Assembly: GCA_030704615.1 (NCBI GenBank)
Contig: CM060734.1
Location: 47,430,001 to 47,494,000, forward strand
Direction of reading: 5' to 3'
Length of the DNA stretch: 64,000 bases
Source: Takakia lepidozioides
Taxonomy: Eukaryota > Plantae > Bryophyta
The notes beneath the pieces were generated by a model. That model saw only the letters and a list, made by a program, of their open reading frames with translations, was not told where the DNA came from and searched no databases. The number at the start of each line of letters is the position of its first letter. The first letter of the stretch is position 1. Of the stretch, positions 35,212 through 48,482 are shown in pieces. The position numbers were made by a program, and so were the translations under genes.

Positions 35212-38200
35212 GGTGGGCTGACCCCTTCTACCAAGCTCGACCGTTCCAGCCCCTGTAGGCAACTACTACCAGGCCAAAGTTCTACTAAATCCCTTCCAAG
35301 TCTTCAATCGCCATGTACATTGTCCACCTCCGCCACCTCAGTAGAGGTCCGGCTCCGAGCTTCTCACCCTTCCCTCTCTGCACATGTGCAATGCAATCAA
35401 ATCCTTCAGACCCAGCCTTGGAATACTCCTTATCGAATAACAACAACTCGGCCTCCAGGGTTGAAGTCCCTGTCTTAAGAACACTCCAAAGTGCCCAATG
35501 TCCAAACCACAATCTTTACAAACTACCAAGACGTGTGCAAAGAACCAAGGCCTCCCTCCAACCCTGTCGGAATCAACACCACATCCAGTAGACCCCCGCT
35601 TGCATCCAACTCAGCTACAAAAGCTCAACCTTCAGCATCCCCAAACTAAGTCATCCCCTCCGACAAGTCATCCCAGCACTACCAACTTACCAATCTCTCG
35701 CTGCCTCCGCGTGCCCTGCAACAACAAGATGCGGGGAAGGGAGGGGAGAGCAGAGCAGAGCAGAGGCAGGCGAGAATAGGGGGGGAGAGGGGGAGAAGAA
35801 GCTGAGAAGAGGGCGTGGGTGGGCTGGCAGCCTGCTGTGCACTGCCCCACCTCCCCTTTTTTCTTCTACCCCCACTCCCTGGGCAGCCACCCCCCTGCCC
35901 ACAGAGCCTCCACACCTTGCCACAACTTGGTACAACCGTTATGTGGATTGTTCCATGGGACCAGCAGCCACCATCATCATCCTCATCATCCTCATAATCA
36001 TTCTCTCTTGAGCAATAATCTGAGGTGCAACATACATGTGGGCCATGTTTCCAGGCCAAGCTCCCATGGTTCCCAACCTGCCCACTGCAGGGAGAGTGGT
36101 ACATAAGGGTCCCAGCAAAGCTGAAAAGAACATGTTCCCACCTATTGCTGCCCAGTCACCCCATGATCTGCTGGAGTACTTTTCATACATGGGGATGCAT
36201 GGGTCCCTCTCTGCAGGGCAGGCCCAATAATGGGGTCCCTGGAGCCTGCCCAGGGGGCAGATGGGCTGCAGACAAGGAAAGCAGGGAGGTTGGTAATAAT
36301 AAAATAGAGAGGGAGGGATTTACAGTGGTGCAGGGAGGGCAGGCTGGCAGCCCCACTGGAAGAGCAACGTCCTTGCCGTTGTGCAACTGCGCCACCACCG
36401 ACTCTCCACACTCACTTTAGCCGCCACATTTCTCTCACTTAATCACACTCTAATCACATGCTAATCACCCACTATCACTCCTATTTGCAGCAGCATGTAC
36501 ACTCAATAGATGTTCGGAGTAGCACCAACAACAAGTGTCTCTCCCATGCTAATCACCCACTCTCCCTCCTATTTGCAGAAGCATGTCCCTCAATAGATGT
36601 TCGGATTAAGTTAGCCACAACAACACCGAGTTTCTCCCTCACCCAACATGGGATCCGGTAAGCCCACGCATCTTCCAGTGCTCTTTTCCTCAATCTGATT
36701 GAGGAAAATGAGGGGAAAGAATGGAAACAAGGTGCACACAGAATTGGCTGTCTCATATCATATCATATCACAATTGGGTTTACTTAGTGCAAAGTGGGCA
36801 TAAAAGAGTTCAATAAACATGCATTGGATTTTGACTTTTGGGAAACCTAACTACCCACCAAGCACCTTCCTTGCAACCTGGTGCAATGCCCTGCTGCCAC
36901 CATGTCTGAAGCAGCTGTTTTTTCGGGGGGTGGGTTGTTTGTATTGGGGGCCGGAGAGAGTGGCTGGTCAAAGGGAGGTTTTAGGGGGGAGAGAGAGAGA
37001 GGATGGAGATAAGTTACGCGGCAAAGGGAGAAAGAAACAGTAAATGAAGCGCAATACAAGCAGGCAGGCTGGCAGCCAGCTCATGCCTGCCTTCCCCCTC
37101 AGTATATTCTGCATGATGCTCGTGTTTTTACTCATGTGTTTACTACGTACTGTTGGGGTATATGTGGAAGGGGGGGATTAGAGAGCAGAGGAGAGAGGAG
37201 CAGCAGTACTCAATTATTAGTCTGTTTCCACTTCACTTCACTGCCTTCCTCCTTCAATTCCATGGTTTCATCTGATTAAGAGCTGCGCTCAGATACCCAC
37301 AGTCTATGTACAAGGGGGTCAGGGCCTTCATTGGCTACTTGAGATAGTTTCATGAGCTTGATTGCTGTTTGCAGGCCTCCATAACTCCATCCATTGCTCA
37401 CCTTTTGATTGTGTGTAGGTTCAGGTGTCAGATTATCTTAGGGATTAGCTGAATCTTTGTTTGCTGTCCTTGGATGATATTTCCCATCATGGAGTCTTTA
37501 CATCCATGGGAAGCCTTGCTATTTGGATTTTCCGCTCGTCGGCCTTGTGTCGTGCCTACATTCCGTTACAAATAGGAATGTTCACATATCTCAATTGCGT
37601 TGAAGTTTTGATTTTTGGGTTTGCTTTGCCGACCATCACATTCTATTGTCACCCAATGTAGCCGGCCTTTTGGAATATGCTCCATTCACAGGTGTATAGT
37701 GTATAGTTCATGGCGACTCACTTTGCCTTGCCGAATATTTGGACGGTTCGAGTCAACTTTGACCCATATCTATTCCCTTTGCAAAATGGAACCTTTCCCA
37801 TGTAACCATGGCACAAATTGGTTTTGCCCTGGTATTGTAGAGAGTACTAAGTCTCAGAGAGAACTTTTACTGAGAAAATGAAATCAAAGCCGCAATATTC
37901 CCCATCGAAGATGCAACTGCATAATAACACTAACGTGTAGTTATGTAGTTAGTATACATGAAGCTCACAGTAAGCATTGCAATGGAGGTGGAGTGAAAGT
38001 CCAACCCACATTTGGTGTATGTTTTTGGATTTTGGGCACTTCAGTTTTCTCATGTAGTCAAAGTCTTTCTTGCATTCGGGAGTTTGTATATATAGATATG
38101 TGAGTGTATACAACTCTTGACTTCACATGGAGACAAGGCAGTGCACCGCGCCTTGTGCGACAACTAGCTGTTTGTTTTGGTCTATTATGCGGACTATTTA

Positions 38201-41200
38201 AGCTCAAAAGAACGCGTATTAACGTATTAACCCTTAAACTCCCACTATCCCCAAGATAGTTAGGGATTGTCCATAAACAAAGACTTGAAAATCATATATT
38301 GCTATCATGATTCAAACCATCACGTCACCCAACAACTCACAGTCATGTGAGTCCACCGTTCCCACATAGAATATAACACGCATATATTGTAACAACACTG
38401 TAACCATTTCTCTACTAATCAATTGTGAGTGACAGGCCCACCCAATGATTTGCACCGAAATGCTACATCCAGAATCCAATTAAATAAATTTCATAAAGCT
38501 CAATTGCTGGGGAGCATTTTGCCCTTTCACCTCCAGCAAACTATTTTTTAGGGTTAGAAGAGAGCAGCCGACATAACATTATGTCAGAGTCCAGCTTACA
38601 GCTCTAACACAGTTAAGGCACCCTCGCCACTTGGTGTGACAGCATTATCAGCAGACATAAGCCACAGTTCGCATGATCCCCTTTACCAGTGCTTTCCGTG
38701 CATAGTTTGTGTTGTTGCAAACAAGCAACCTAGCGCTTAGCGAGTACGAGACAACAAAATCAGCTCCAATTTACGAGTCATCTCAACTGATCTCTTTCGT
38801 TGAGTACCCCATTGTTGTGTAACCATTGTTGACTTATGGGTTTGCATTAAGCAAGGCACCACAAACACGAACACGGTTTGGGTTTGCAAAAAAACCCCAT
38901 GAAAATGGGCTGCACTGGTGGTGGCATATATACTTACTACTATAATGTGGCTGTGCGCAGAGGAAGATTGTCACATACATTGCATAGGTGGTTTATCCGG
39001 CCGGTTACAATGGAAGCTGCCGGATTCGCTATAGGGCTCGGATGAGACAAAACAGATAATCAAAGACCCAATTGCTGTAAAAACAATCCGCAGCTTGTGT
39101 GGGTGATTTTTGCAAAGAAAGACCAAAGGAGGAACCAAGAAAGTTAGGGTTGGGCAGAGCTCTCGCACGTCTGCGACGTGGACGAAGGCATCACAGACTT
39201 AAACAACGCGCTTACAATGGCGTTGCAGTCAGACAGTGTGGTGGGGCCTGCACCAAGAAGCGAGAAGGAAGGGGGAGGGGAGTCGAGGCATGCATTATTG
39301 GGCGCAGACGTGAATTCTTGTCGTTTCTGAGCTTCTACTGCTGGGTTTCCATCTGTTACATCTCTGAGTCCATCTTTCCGTATCTCCTAGGGTTGGGTAT
39401 TTTGCTCGGTTTTGGTTTTTGGTGTATGAGGGTTTTCCACTTTTCTACCCTTCTGAAACAAACCTGCAAAGCTGCAGGAGTCAGCTATGGCTACCGACAT
39501 TCCTACTCTCCATTGCCATTCTTCCTGCGGACCTATTCAGGACCTAACTTTCCTGCTCGCGTGAAGAGGTGGGTGATTTCCGATCCTGGGGAGTAAAAAC
39601 AGGAAAAATAGGAAACTTCGAATTGATTGCTGTGGTTTGCGCGTTGGCAGATGATTAACTTAGTCAGCGTTGTTAGCTTGAAATCGACATCACGTCACAA
39701 TTTGGGAAATCTGAGTTGTCAGATCTGTCAAAAGTTCAGATACAGGAAGGGTATGTAGCAGGAGCGACACCAGTCTCCAGATGTATGGGTAGTTCCCAAC
39801 AATACCTACATCTCCTTTGTTCGCTACTCTCTCTACGTTTTAGGTCTCCAATGACGCTGACGCAAGGTGTGACGGCCCGATTTTGTCATCTTGCTCCGTC
39901 CTCTGGAGAGATAGAAGCGTTTAGGTGACCCCCAGTTTGGCGAGGCCATGCATTCTTTGCTGTGGACTTTGGAGGTGTTCCTACTTTCACTACTTTTTTC
40001 CTGCAGAGTGCTGCCTAATGTGGGGGCATGATAGAGGGAGTGCATGTAGCTGATGGGAATCTAGAGTGCCTCTTTTGGCTGCAGCGGAGGCCGTTCCTCG
40101 TGCTGGCCTCTCCATAAATCCATTGAGCTTTTGTCGCACTTAGGCCTGCAGTGAAACTTCTGCTTCACCCTCCCCGCCTCTGCCCCACCCCATGTATCCC
40201 CAAATTCTTCAAATGTCGCTGGAAATCAATCAAGCAAGCCTTGCTGGCTGCCGTGGTCCCATGCCTACCGTCCCACACAAATCTACTTAACTTTTTCAAG
40301 GGATTTTTTCGCTGGATGGAGTATCTTTTCCCAGTAAAACATGGGTGTTCGGGAATTGGGTTTCCCTGTTGTTGCTAAAAAAATATATCAAACAAGTGAT
40401 GAATTTCAACAACGCCGAAGCCGAAGCCGCTGTTACGAAGAAGTGAAAGGTTGATGGGAACATGATGCACAGAGTACTGGCACACAGTAGACAAAAATCC
40501 ACTTGAAGATTTCACAGAGAGGACAATGTACAATCATCCTTCAAGTTAAGTCCTGCATGCCATACTGTTAGTTGGAAATTGGCAATACTGGATGGTACAT
40601 GTCTTGTAGAAGGGCTCATCATCACCGACCAAGACAACCCAGCTGCCAAATTTGGAATATCTCCAAGCTGCCTTAGGAATCAAGCACAAAGGGAATCAGG
40701 TCACTGGTTGTAATGTTAGAGCACAGCATCTGACAAGTCCTTTTACTAGGTCAGCAGCAGCCCCTCGGTCAGGAGTCTCTCACAATTATTTTTAGAAGAC
40801 TGGACCCACACACATAATGGTTGCCTATTCTCCCTCAAGAAGAAAATGATGGTGGCTGGGCCTGAATAAGACTCGGTGGTGCAAGTGTCCATAAGCGGAG
40901 GGAAATAATTGGAGAAGTCACCCAAAGGAGGACTAAGTACACGGAGGAGGGAAGCAAAGGAGGACTATGATTGACGCCTTTTGGCAATGATGCACTCTCC
41001 TCTCCCTCAAACACCGTGCCCAGATAATAAGTTGGGCACACTCATCTCTCACACCACCGTCAGCACGAAGACAATGGCCAGTCCAGCAGCCTCTATGGGA
41101 CATCTCACCATGCGAGCGAAACTTGTGTCTGGGCATACATTTATAACTGACCTAGACAAGTTGCTCTTGATGCTGGCCTGCAAGAACTGTGCGCTCCGTA

Positions 41201-41710
41201 GCTTAGGAGTAAAGGGAGCGCCTCGAAGAAACAGCGATGGGTCGCCTTCCAGGGTATGAGAAGTTTTCTCAGTGGTTGAAGGTACCAAGCATTCACGTGA
41301 CTATCAAACAAACCAATCACTTTCTTTCTGTTATCAATTACAACCGGATTCAGATTTGTTTCCGCAGTTCCATTACAGGGATTGTAGGAGGTGTGGACCA
41401 CCTCCTCTAGGCGAAGGTCTTGCTAAGCAAAACTAGTTGGCAACAAATAAATGATCGAAAGAACGAAGGAAAGCCTGCCAGCCAGAAGTAGCAATTACAT
41501 GAGAAACCATGGGGCATCCAGATTAGACTCAAGACCAACACCGCACTGTCCCAGTTGTTGCCATTTAGTTTCGCAGGAAGGCACAGCATGGGGCTCACAG
41601 CTCCACCAACATTCGGAGTAGCAGCCTTGTGATGGTGCGTTGGTGTTGCTGGCAGGACCAGTACAGATGCCCCGGTAAGAATACATCGCGACATATTTGA
41701 CAAGCAAAAG

Positions 41711-44622
41711 TCACCTGAATTTGGCCATGGCCTCCAATAGCAACTTGGATTCGGCCGCCCAATCCACCGCAGAAATCGAGCGCACAGTGACGCGTTGCCT
41801 CTTTTCATTCATGTACTCTGTCTGCGCCACACTGATGCGGAACACATTTGGCACCCACATAGCCTTGCGGAGTGCACTTTCATATTGCTTCCCCTCCCCT
41901 TCCTACACATCCATTGCGCCCTTAGCATGTGAGTGTTTTGAAACAAGTCCCCAGTGTAAACTGACAAACATATCAAGCTCAGACACCAAGACACTTGCAG
42001 AAATTGACTGTATGAGAAAAGCACCGAGCAAAGGCTAGATTGATTACTTGCAATTCACTATGATAATGGCATCAAGAGGGCTCCACCTGAGATCTGATGA
42101 CCGCCAAGCTCTCCGCGGGGACGCCCAGGAGCTGCTCTGCTTGCTCATTGAAGGCTGAGACCCAAGTTTCCCCAGATGAATCTGACATCTTAGCCAGCAT
42201 GATGTACCTGCCATGCCCACAGTCAGTATCCACTGTTCACACCACCTTCTACGGTAGAGAGCATGCAATGCAGCACTCAAACAAAGCATAAGAATTACCT
42301 GCGATTGCACTTTTCAGAAAGCTTTTGGCAGCCTTCGCACCAGTAGCTGCCACTGTGGTCTTCACTGACCTTCCGGTTGCAGGACATACATGCCAGGTAC
42401 CACATGGCTTGCTCTGACTTAATGAAGCTGATGTAGGCCCTCACATGAAAATACTCAGCCTGCCATACCCATCCCCCCTAAGCCAAGTTTCCTGGAAAGC
42501 ATTTTCTCCTGTCTCTAACCATCCACAAGTTGCTTGGATCATCTTAACATCATTTACACCTCTGATGCCACATCCAAATTTAGGGCTGGACCTAGAGAGT
42601 GTTTTTAGCATCTACCTTATGCATCTCCCTCTACTGTCTAAGAGTAATGTACGGAACTGACCTTGCCTTCACCTATAGATGGTAGGGTGACCTCTGAAAG
42701 AACAGCGCGTTCTCCATAGTTGGACTGTGCGCCCGTGCGTGCCACAGCCCCAGGAAGGCTGGCACCTGCTGCTGTCAAAGTAGCAGCTTTGCCATCTTGC
42801 TCATACCTGCCCACCCATACAAAATTCGTTCTTTTTCAATGTCATAAGGCTGGCCATTTCCGTTTTTACGACCATGTTAACAACCTACTGAGCTCATGGT
42901 GTGTTGTAAGTGATTCTGGTAAGAAAATATGTACTCTGCATATGCATAGTCAGGATAGAGAGCAGTACAGCAAACTTTGAGATGCAACAGAGAAGAACCA
43001 CTGACCATTGCTGAAGGGGAAGGGCATCAGGTATCTCTGGATTGATGGTGACCATGCTGTTCATAGTAGTTGACAGCGACACCCCTGCCAGTGCACATAT
43101 CACATCTGTCAATTAGAATGCAATGTCCACATCAACAGAAAATTTCATTGAAGATCACGCAGACGGTTTTCTCGTAGGGGGAGGACAGATTCAGAGGCCA
43201 CTGAGTGCACTGCAGAAATGTTGAACTCATACAAAAGAAAACTTGCTCATCTCTTCTAGAATCCAAAGACAGTGGTCGAACGGTCATGGTGAGCAAAGAT
43301 AAATACCTTGGAAGTCACTAACACGTAGTGCTTTGACCAGCAGGGTCGGGAAGGTATTCACGCTGTCTGCCAGGACACCCCCTTCTTTTATTGCCATGTC
43401 GTTCCAAAGACTCACCACCACAGTCTTCTCACTGTCATTCCAAGACACAACGACTCAGTAAAACCACCCCTGGTGCTCCCCAGAAGGTCCTTCCCCACTA
43501 TGATTAAGCACTTCCTCACAAGGAGGTTCAAAACTGGGGTGTAAGATTTTCAGTGAACCACAACTTCACTTCCATTGGCTCACCTTTGATCTGCAATCGT
43601 GACATCTCGTTTTGGAACCTCCTCATTGTTGCTTTTGCGGCGTATCATTACAAGAGATCCAACACTTTGGACAACCCCAATCACGTCTGCAAAAAATAGA
43701 GACAATCTCACTGTAACGCATTAGCTTTCCCTCCACTGGATTAATCAACATTCAGTGCCTAGAAAATGCCCTCAATATAACAAAGACAAATGATTACCAG
43801 TATGTTAATGCACTCAGTTGGTTTAGTGAGTTTTGGCTGCTGGGGCAAGTTGTTAGCAAAAGAAGAGTGAGGAGAAGAGAGGCTTACCCACAAGTTCCTT
43901 TCCATTGACATAGGGCCCCAGTTCATCAATCTTCACAAACTTATATTTGACATCCGGCATCTTGCCAAAACCTCCTTCCTCGGCAACTTCATCCACCTCA
44001 GAGTTGGCACTGAGTGTCATCTCATAGTCATTTTTTACTGTTGCATATTGCTTGTTTGCTACTCGCAAGCTGCCTTTGGATATGAGGTACACCTGCATCA
44101 AAGTGGACATTGCTACATCATATTTCAGTTCTCAATGTGAGATCCCAGCCACCATGCTAACATGATTTCGATCAGTGAGAGAAATCCAAACCTGTCATAC
44201 CTAGTCCTATTCAAATTCACTTTACTTGTTGCAATTTCGGACAGTCAGAGACCAGGAGTGTTAAGTTGCAAGTTTACCTTGCCTAGCTGCAACTTGCTGA
44301 AAAATTTGTCAGCTGCTTCTTTAAACATAGTTGCCCGAATCTGTGTTCCCTGCTCTCAGCTCACACCAAAAACACCACCAATCAGATTCAGCTCTACTCT
44401 GAAGTGCAAGATGGAAAAAAAAAGTCCCATGACAGAACACCCGTGCAGGCACAAGGGACATACATCCTCATCGGTGAGCTCAACATTGAAAACATTGCCC
44501 TCGCCTCGCGCATTCTTGAATGTGCGCAAAGGACCCTTGCCGGTCACCCTCACTTTGATTGTCCAGTTGCCTTGGTATGGGTTAAGCGACACTAGTGGAT
44601 ACACTCTCCTCGAGAAACCCAT
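41711..44622 (-). CDS. RPA1B: Replication protein A 70-kDa subunit, B/D type, ~453 aa (no N-terminal DBD-F found)
   Basis: Exons 44622-44464, 44349-44278, 44092-43888, 43686-43584, 43431-43307, 43084-43006, 42806-42662, 42459-42299, 42207-42087, 41902-41711 (1362 nt). Motifs: RRVYPLVSLNPYQGNWTIKVRVT, GEGNVFNVELTDEDGTQI, KTVVVSLWND, C4 zinc finger (CMSCNRKV...YWCEGC), EYMNEKRQRVTV. Confidence 0.94.
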
Positions 44623-44792
44623 CCGTGGCTGTGTGGATCGTCAAGGTCACTTTTGAAACAGGGAAGACACTGCACTATCACTTCTCCTCGCCAACTTCGC
44701 AGTGAGGATCTCCACAACGCTGGAGCACAAAAGCAGAGGACAATGAGCTCGGCTTCGTCCAGCCCGGGAAGATGAAGACGGGGGAAGACGAT

Positions 44793-44815
44793 GGCGGGAA
44801 GCTGCAGCGCGGGAG
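44793..44815 (-). promoter_or_regulatory. Putative E2F-like sites upstream of RPA1B
   Basis: TTCCCGCC (44793-44800) and CTCCCGCGC (44807-44815) on the minus strand, ~170-190 bp upstream of the ATG. They resemble the plant E2F consensus TTTSSCGC, and RPA is a replication gene. Confidence 0.45.
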
Positions 44816-44854
44816 GCGTTCAAGTATGTGGATGAATGTCTTCCCTTCCTACTC

Positions 44855-45032
44855 ATATCCATGGATGAGACTATTCCTCATTCCGATGGGGCATTATACG
44901 TACACATCCTCTGGATGCATACTACGTAGATGGATGGATACATATATCCATGGATGAGAATATTCCTCATCCCGATGAGGCATTATACGCACACATCCTC
45001 CCAATACACATTACGTAGATGGATGAATACGT
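44855..45032. repeat. 89-bp tandem duplication
   Basis: atatccatggatgaga...tacgtagatggatg at 44855 and 44944. Confidence 0.88.
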
Positions 45033-47376
45033 ATAGAGGTTCAGATATAGATGCTCTCTCTCTCCCCTCTCTCCCTCTCGGAACTCTACGAGGTAGCCCT
45101 TGTGTACACTCTGCTCCTACTCTGCTCAGATACTAAGTCAACTGATGCAAAGGTTCCACGATCGACATGTAGCCACCATGTGGAATGAAAATTACCGACA
45201 TTCATTGGAAAGGATACTGATTGTTAACAGATGAAATTATCTCAAAGAACCAAGATTGGCTGGCAGCCAGCAGTAGGATTGTATGATCTGGGACGTGGGG
45301 CCAGGTGTGGGGCATATTCCAGCTTTTCTTAAGACCAACATCGGGCCCTCCCAATACTTCAGAGTTTGGACAATAGCAGCTTGCATTATCTACGGAAGCA
45401 ACTGAGTGCTCACTGATACGTCGTTCATCATGTAGTGGATCTATGCGACAGTGATCATAAACACATTTGACACGGTCCACATTGCCAAGTTGTTGGTATT
45501 GCTTCACGCCCCACTTTCATTGATATCCAGTTCAGTCCTGAGCACTTGCTAGTGTCTTGAAACAAGTCGCCAGTGTGAATTGACAAAACAGGTCGCGCCC
45601 CTGGGATCGATGCCCCTTTTCAAAAACATGGCCTGGTTTGAACAAATATGGTTTGCAGGGCTCTACCAAGAGAGGTTCAACCTTATTCTATGTAATTGAA
45701 CTTCAACTGACTGCCTCAACGACATATAGGGGAAGAGAAAAAGAGGATAATATGTATGTGACAAGACTCCGAGCAAAAAAGACTCGGACGGGGACCAAAC
45801 AACCAGAAGAAAATGAAGAAAAGAACGGAAAAGATCTAGTATAGTGAAAGCTGATCGAAGAAGAAGTGAGTAAGAAGAGAGCACTAAATTCGGACTGCTC
45901 TAAAAGATGTAAAAGCTTACAAGCAGAAGCCGCAGTGGCGATGACGACAGAACAAGGGACTCGGGGAAGATGACAATGCAGCCATGCTGTAGAAATCCAT
46001 CCATCCAATAAAAGAATCTTGGTGGATATTGTTGCTATTTTCAGCTTCAGACTCAGAACTTCATCCCTAGGGCATATTCCTAGAATATAAAGAGACGCCG
46101 GTTTAAGGTCTTCAATACTTTCCTTGAACATAGAGAATATTATACAATAGTCCGTAATGGTAGGGAATATTCATATGGAAAGCTCGGTTGGAGAGAATTG
46201 AGGAGGAAAAAATTAGGTATGAAGGCGGCGGTAATGTGGCAGTGTGACTGCGTCTGCCGCTTCCAGCGCCGCGTCCCTCCCCAGTCTCTCCTTCACGTGT
46301 CCGATCCTCCCTCCTACCACCACTCGTTCACAGCCCTTCTTTCTCTCTCCAAAACCCACATGCACTTGTGGATGGGGACACATACGATCTAGCCTCCTCT
46401 GGATAAGAGTGTCACGTAGATCCCTCTGCAGTTTCTCTCCAGCCGCTTTCATAGTAGGATACCTGTCAAACACGGCTGGAATTCTAGCTTGCAAGGTGTT
46501 GTCAAATTCTCCTAGCGAAGAGAACGTGACCACCTGTGTGTGCGGAAATATGTAGGGCGAAAGTAAGGGATGGAGCAAAGAGTTCTTGTTATGTACAGCT
46601 GTTGTGTACACCATAATGAGCGATTATTGAAGACTCGAGGACTGAGGAATGGTTCCAATTCGGCCAGGATTTTTCTTTCAGGTGATAAGGTAGAGTTCTA
46701 ATTCTACCTTGAGTGTGACGCTCCCTTACATCATCTACCACTGCAGGCGACAAGACCGGCGTGTGCATACATATCAGTATGAAGGAAGAAGTGGAGCAAA
46801 GCAATTAACAAGCTGGCTGACTGGATCTTTCAGGTACGATAACATGTTGAGCGGGCATTAAGAGATGGACAAGCAGTCGGAAGGACTGAGCATCATAATA
46901 GTGCCAATTCCCTCAGGATTGTTTTTCAAGAACATACATAATCGATCACGTATATGTAGTCTGAATTCTAGCTTCTGAAGTGCCTTCTTGTGAAACTAGC
47001 ATTTGAGGCTATCAACTCATACCTAATGTCGAGGTTGATCTTAATCCAACAATCAGTTGTGTTGAAATGCCCAGTGAGATCAATATCACCTCCAATACAA
47101 CTCGTCAGTCCATTAGAAAGACGTGTAAAGTGATTGGGTTTAAGTAACTTTTTTTTCTCTATCGATCGAGGATCGGTTTTTATGTGTAGACTACATGGTC
47201 TTCTCTGAGGATATTTTAATCCCCGCAAGATATACAGTAGCTTCTACCTTTCAAATCACAGCTACCGACAGCACAGGTCAATTGAGCTATGATCTTCTTG
47301 TTTGTTAGATTTTATTCTCATTTAGATAGGGTGTGCTGAAAACGAGCAAGCTTGTGATTTTTTTCACAGGAGGATC

Positions 47377-48482
47377 ATGACAGGAGGGATAGGCCCGACA
47401 GGGGTCAATACAGCCTGTGCGGCATGCAAGTATCAGCGGCGCAAGTGTGCACCTGACTGTCCGTTGGCACCCTACTTCCCACCAGAGCAGCCCAAGCGGT
47501 TCCACAATGTACACAAACTGTTTGGGGTGAGCAACATCTTGCGTATCTTGCGCTCGGTGGAACCCAGCAAGCGTGAAGACGCAGTGAAGTCAATTGTGTA
47601 TGAAGCTGATGCGCGAGAGAAGGATCCTGTGCACGGATGCCTGGGCGTCATCTCCTTGTTGCAGAGCCAGGTGAGAAAGCTGAAGGAGGAGCTGGCAATA
47701 GTGCGTGATCAAATTTACCTAGTGAAACAACAGCAACAACACGCCGTTTCTATCTTTAACCAGGCCTATGCTCATCAGCATCAACAACCTGCAGACTTTG
47801 TGCATCATCAGTTGCCATTCGGCGGCACATCCCATCAGAGCTTCAATGAACATGGAGGACAACCCAACAGCTTCAATGATAAATTACATGCATTTCATGA
47901 TCATTCCAGGTGAGCTGGATCAACTGGTGCGTGGATGTTGCACTCAATTATGGCTCTGAAATTGAATTCAAATCTTGAATTGTGTAAACCTTGAAATTGA
48001 AGCCAGTTGTACATTCCAACTTCTGTACATATCTCTCGCTTTCCAATGACAACTAAATAGGAGTCTTGAAGTACTACATGTACCAGTTGTGCAATTGTCT
48101 AAAACTTGAACTAATTGTTTTCTAAAGGTTTGCGGTAGATGCAACGGATCAATTGCACCAGGCATTTGGGCAGCACATGAAAGGACATCCTGCAGAAAAT
48201 CACTTCAATCAGTCAAGATTGGCACATGAGATGGCATATGGAACAGGGGAATCCGCATCGTTGCAAGAGGATGAGCAAACAGGTACCAGCAGCACATTAG
48301 CTGATCTCATGCAGAGACAGGGCGTCTTCAACCTAACTGATACTTCTTTGCAGCATGATCCACCAAGTAGAGGGAGCATGCAACAGACAGTGGATGACGA
48401 TCGATCTGTTTCTGATCCAGAAAATTTGCGCACTGCTGGTGTCCATTTGTCACTGAAAAATCAGTATTCCATGTCATGGTGA
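47377..48482 (+). CDS. LBD: LOB-domain (LBD) transcription factor, class I, LBD27/LBD22-like, ~295 aa
   Basis: Exons 47377-47909 and 48128-48482 (phase-2 intron, GT...AAG). CX2CX6CX3C block CAACKYQRRKCAPDC, LAPYFP, HKLFGVSN, DPVHGC, Leu-zipper-like coil. Confidence 0.93.

Noticed and set aside
37059-37092. Small hairpin gcaggca-ggctgg...ccagc-tca-tgcctgc as a miRNA precursor
   Set aside because: The stem is too short and does not match conserved plant miRNAs I recall.
45100-46810. Minus-strand ORFs and exon-like pieces as the missing RPA1B N-terminus or a separate gene
   Set aside because: No resemblance to the RPA70N fold motifs. 46.2-47.3 kb is better explained as the LBD promoter and 5' UTR.
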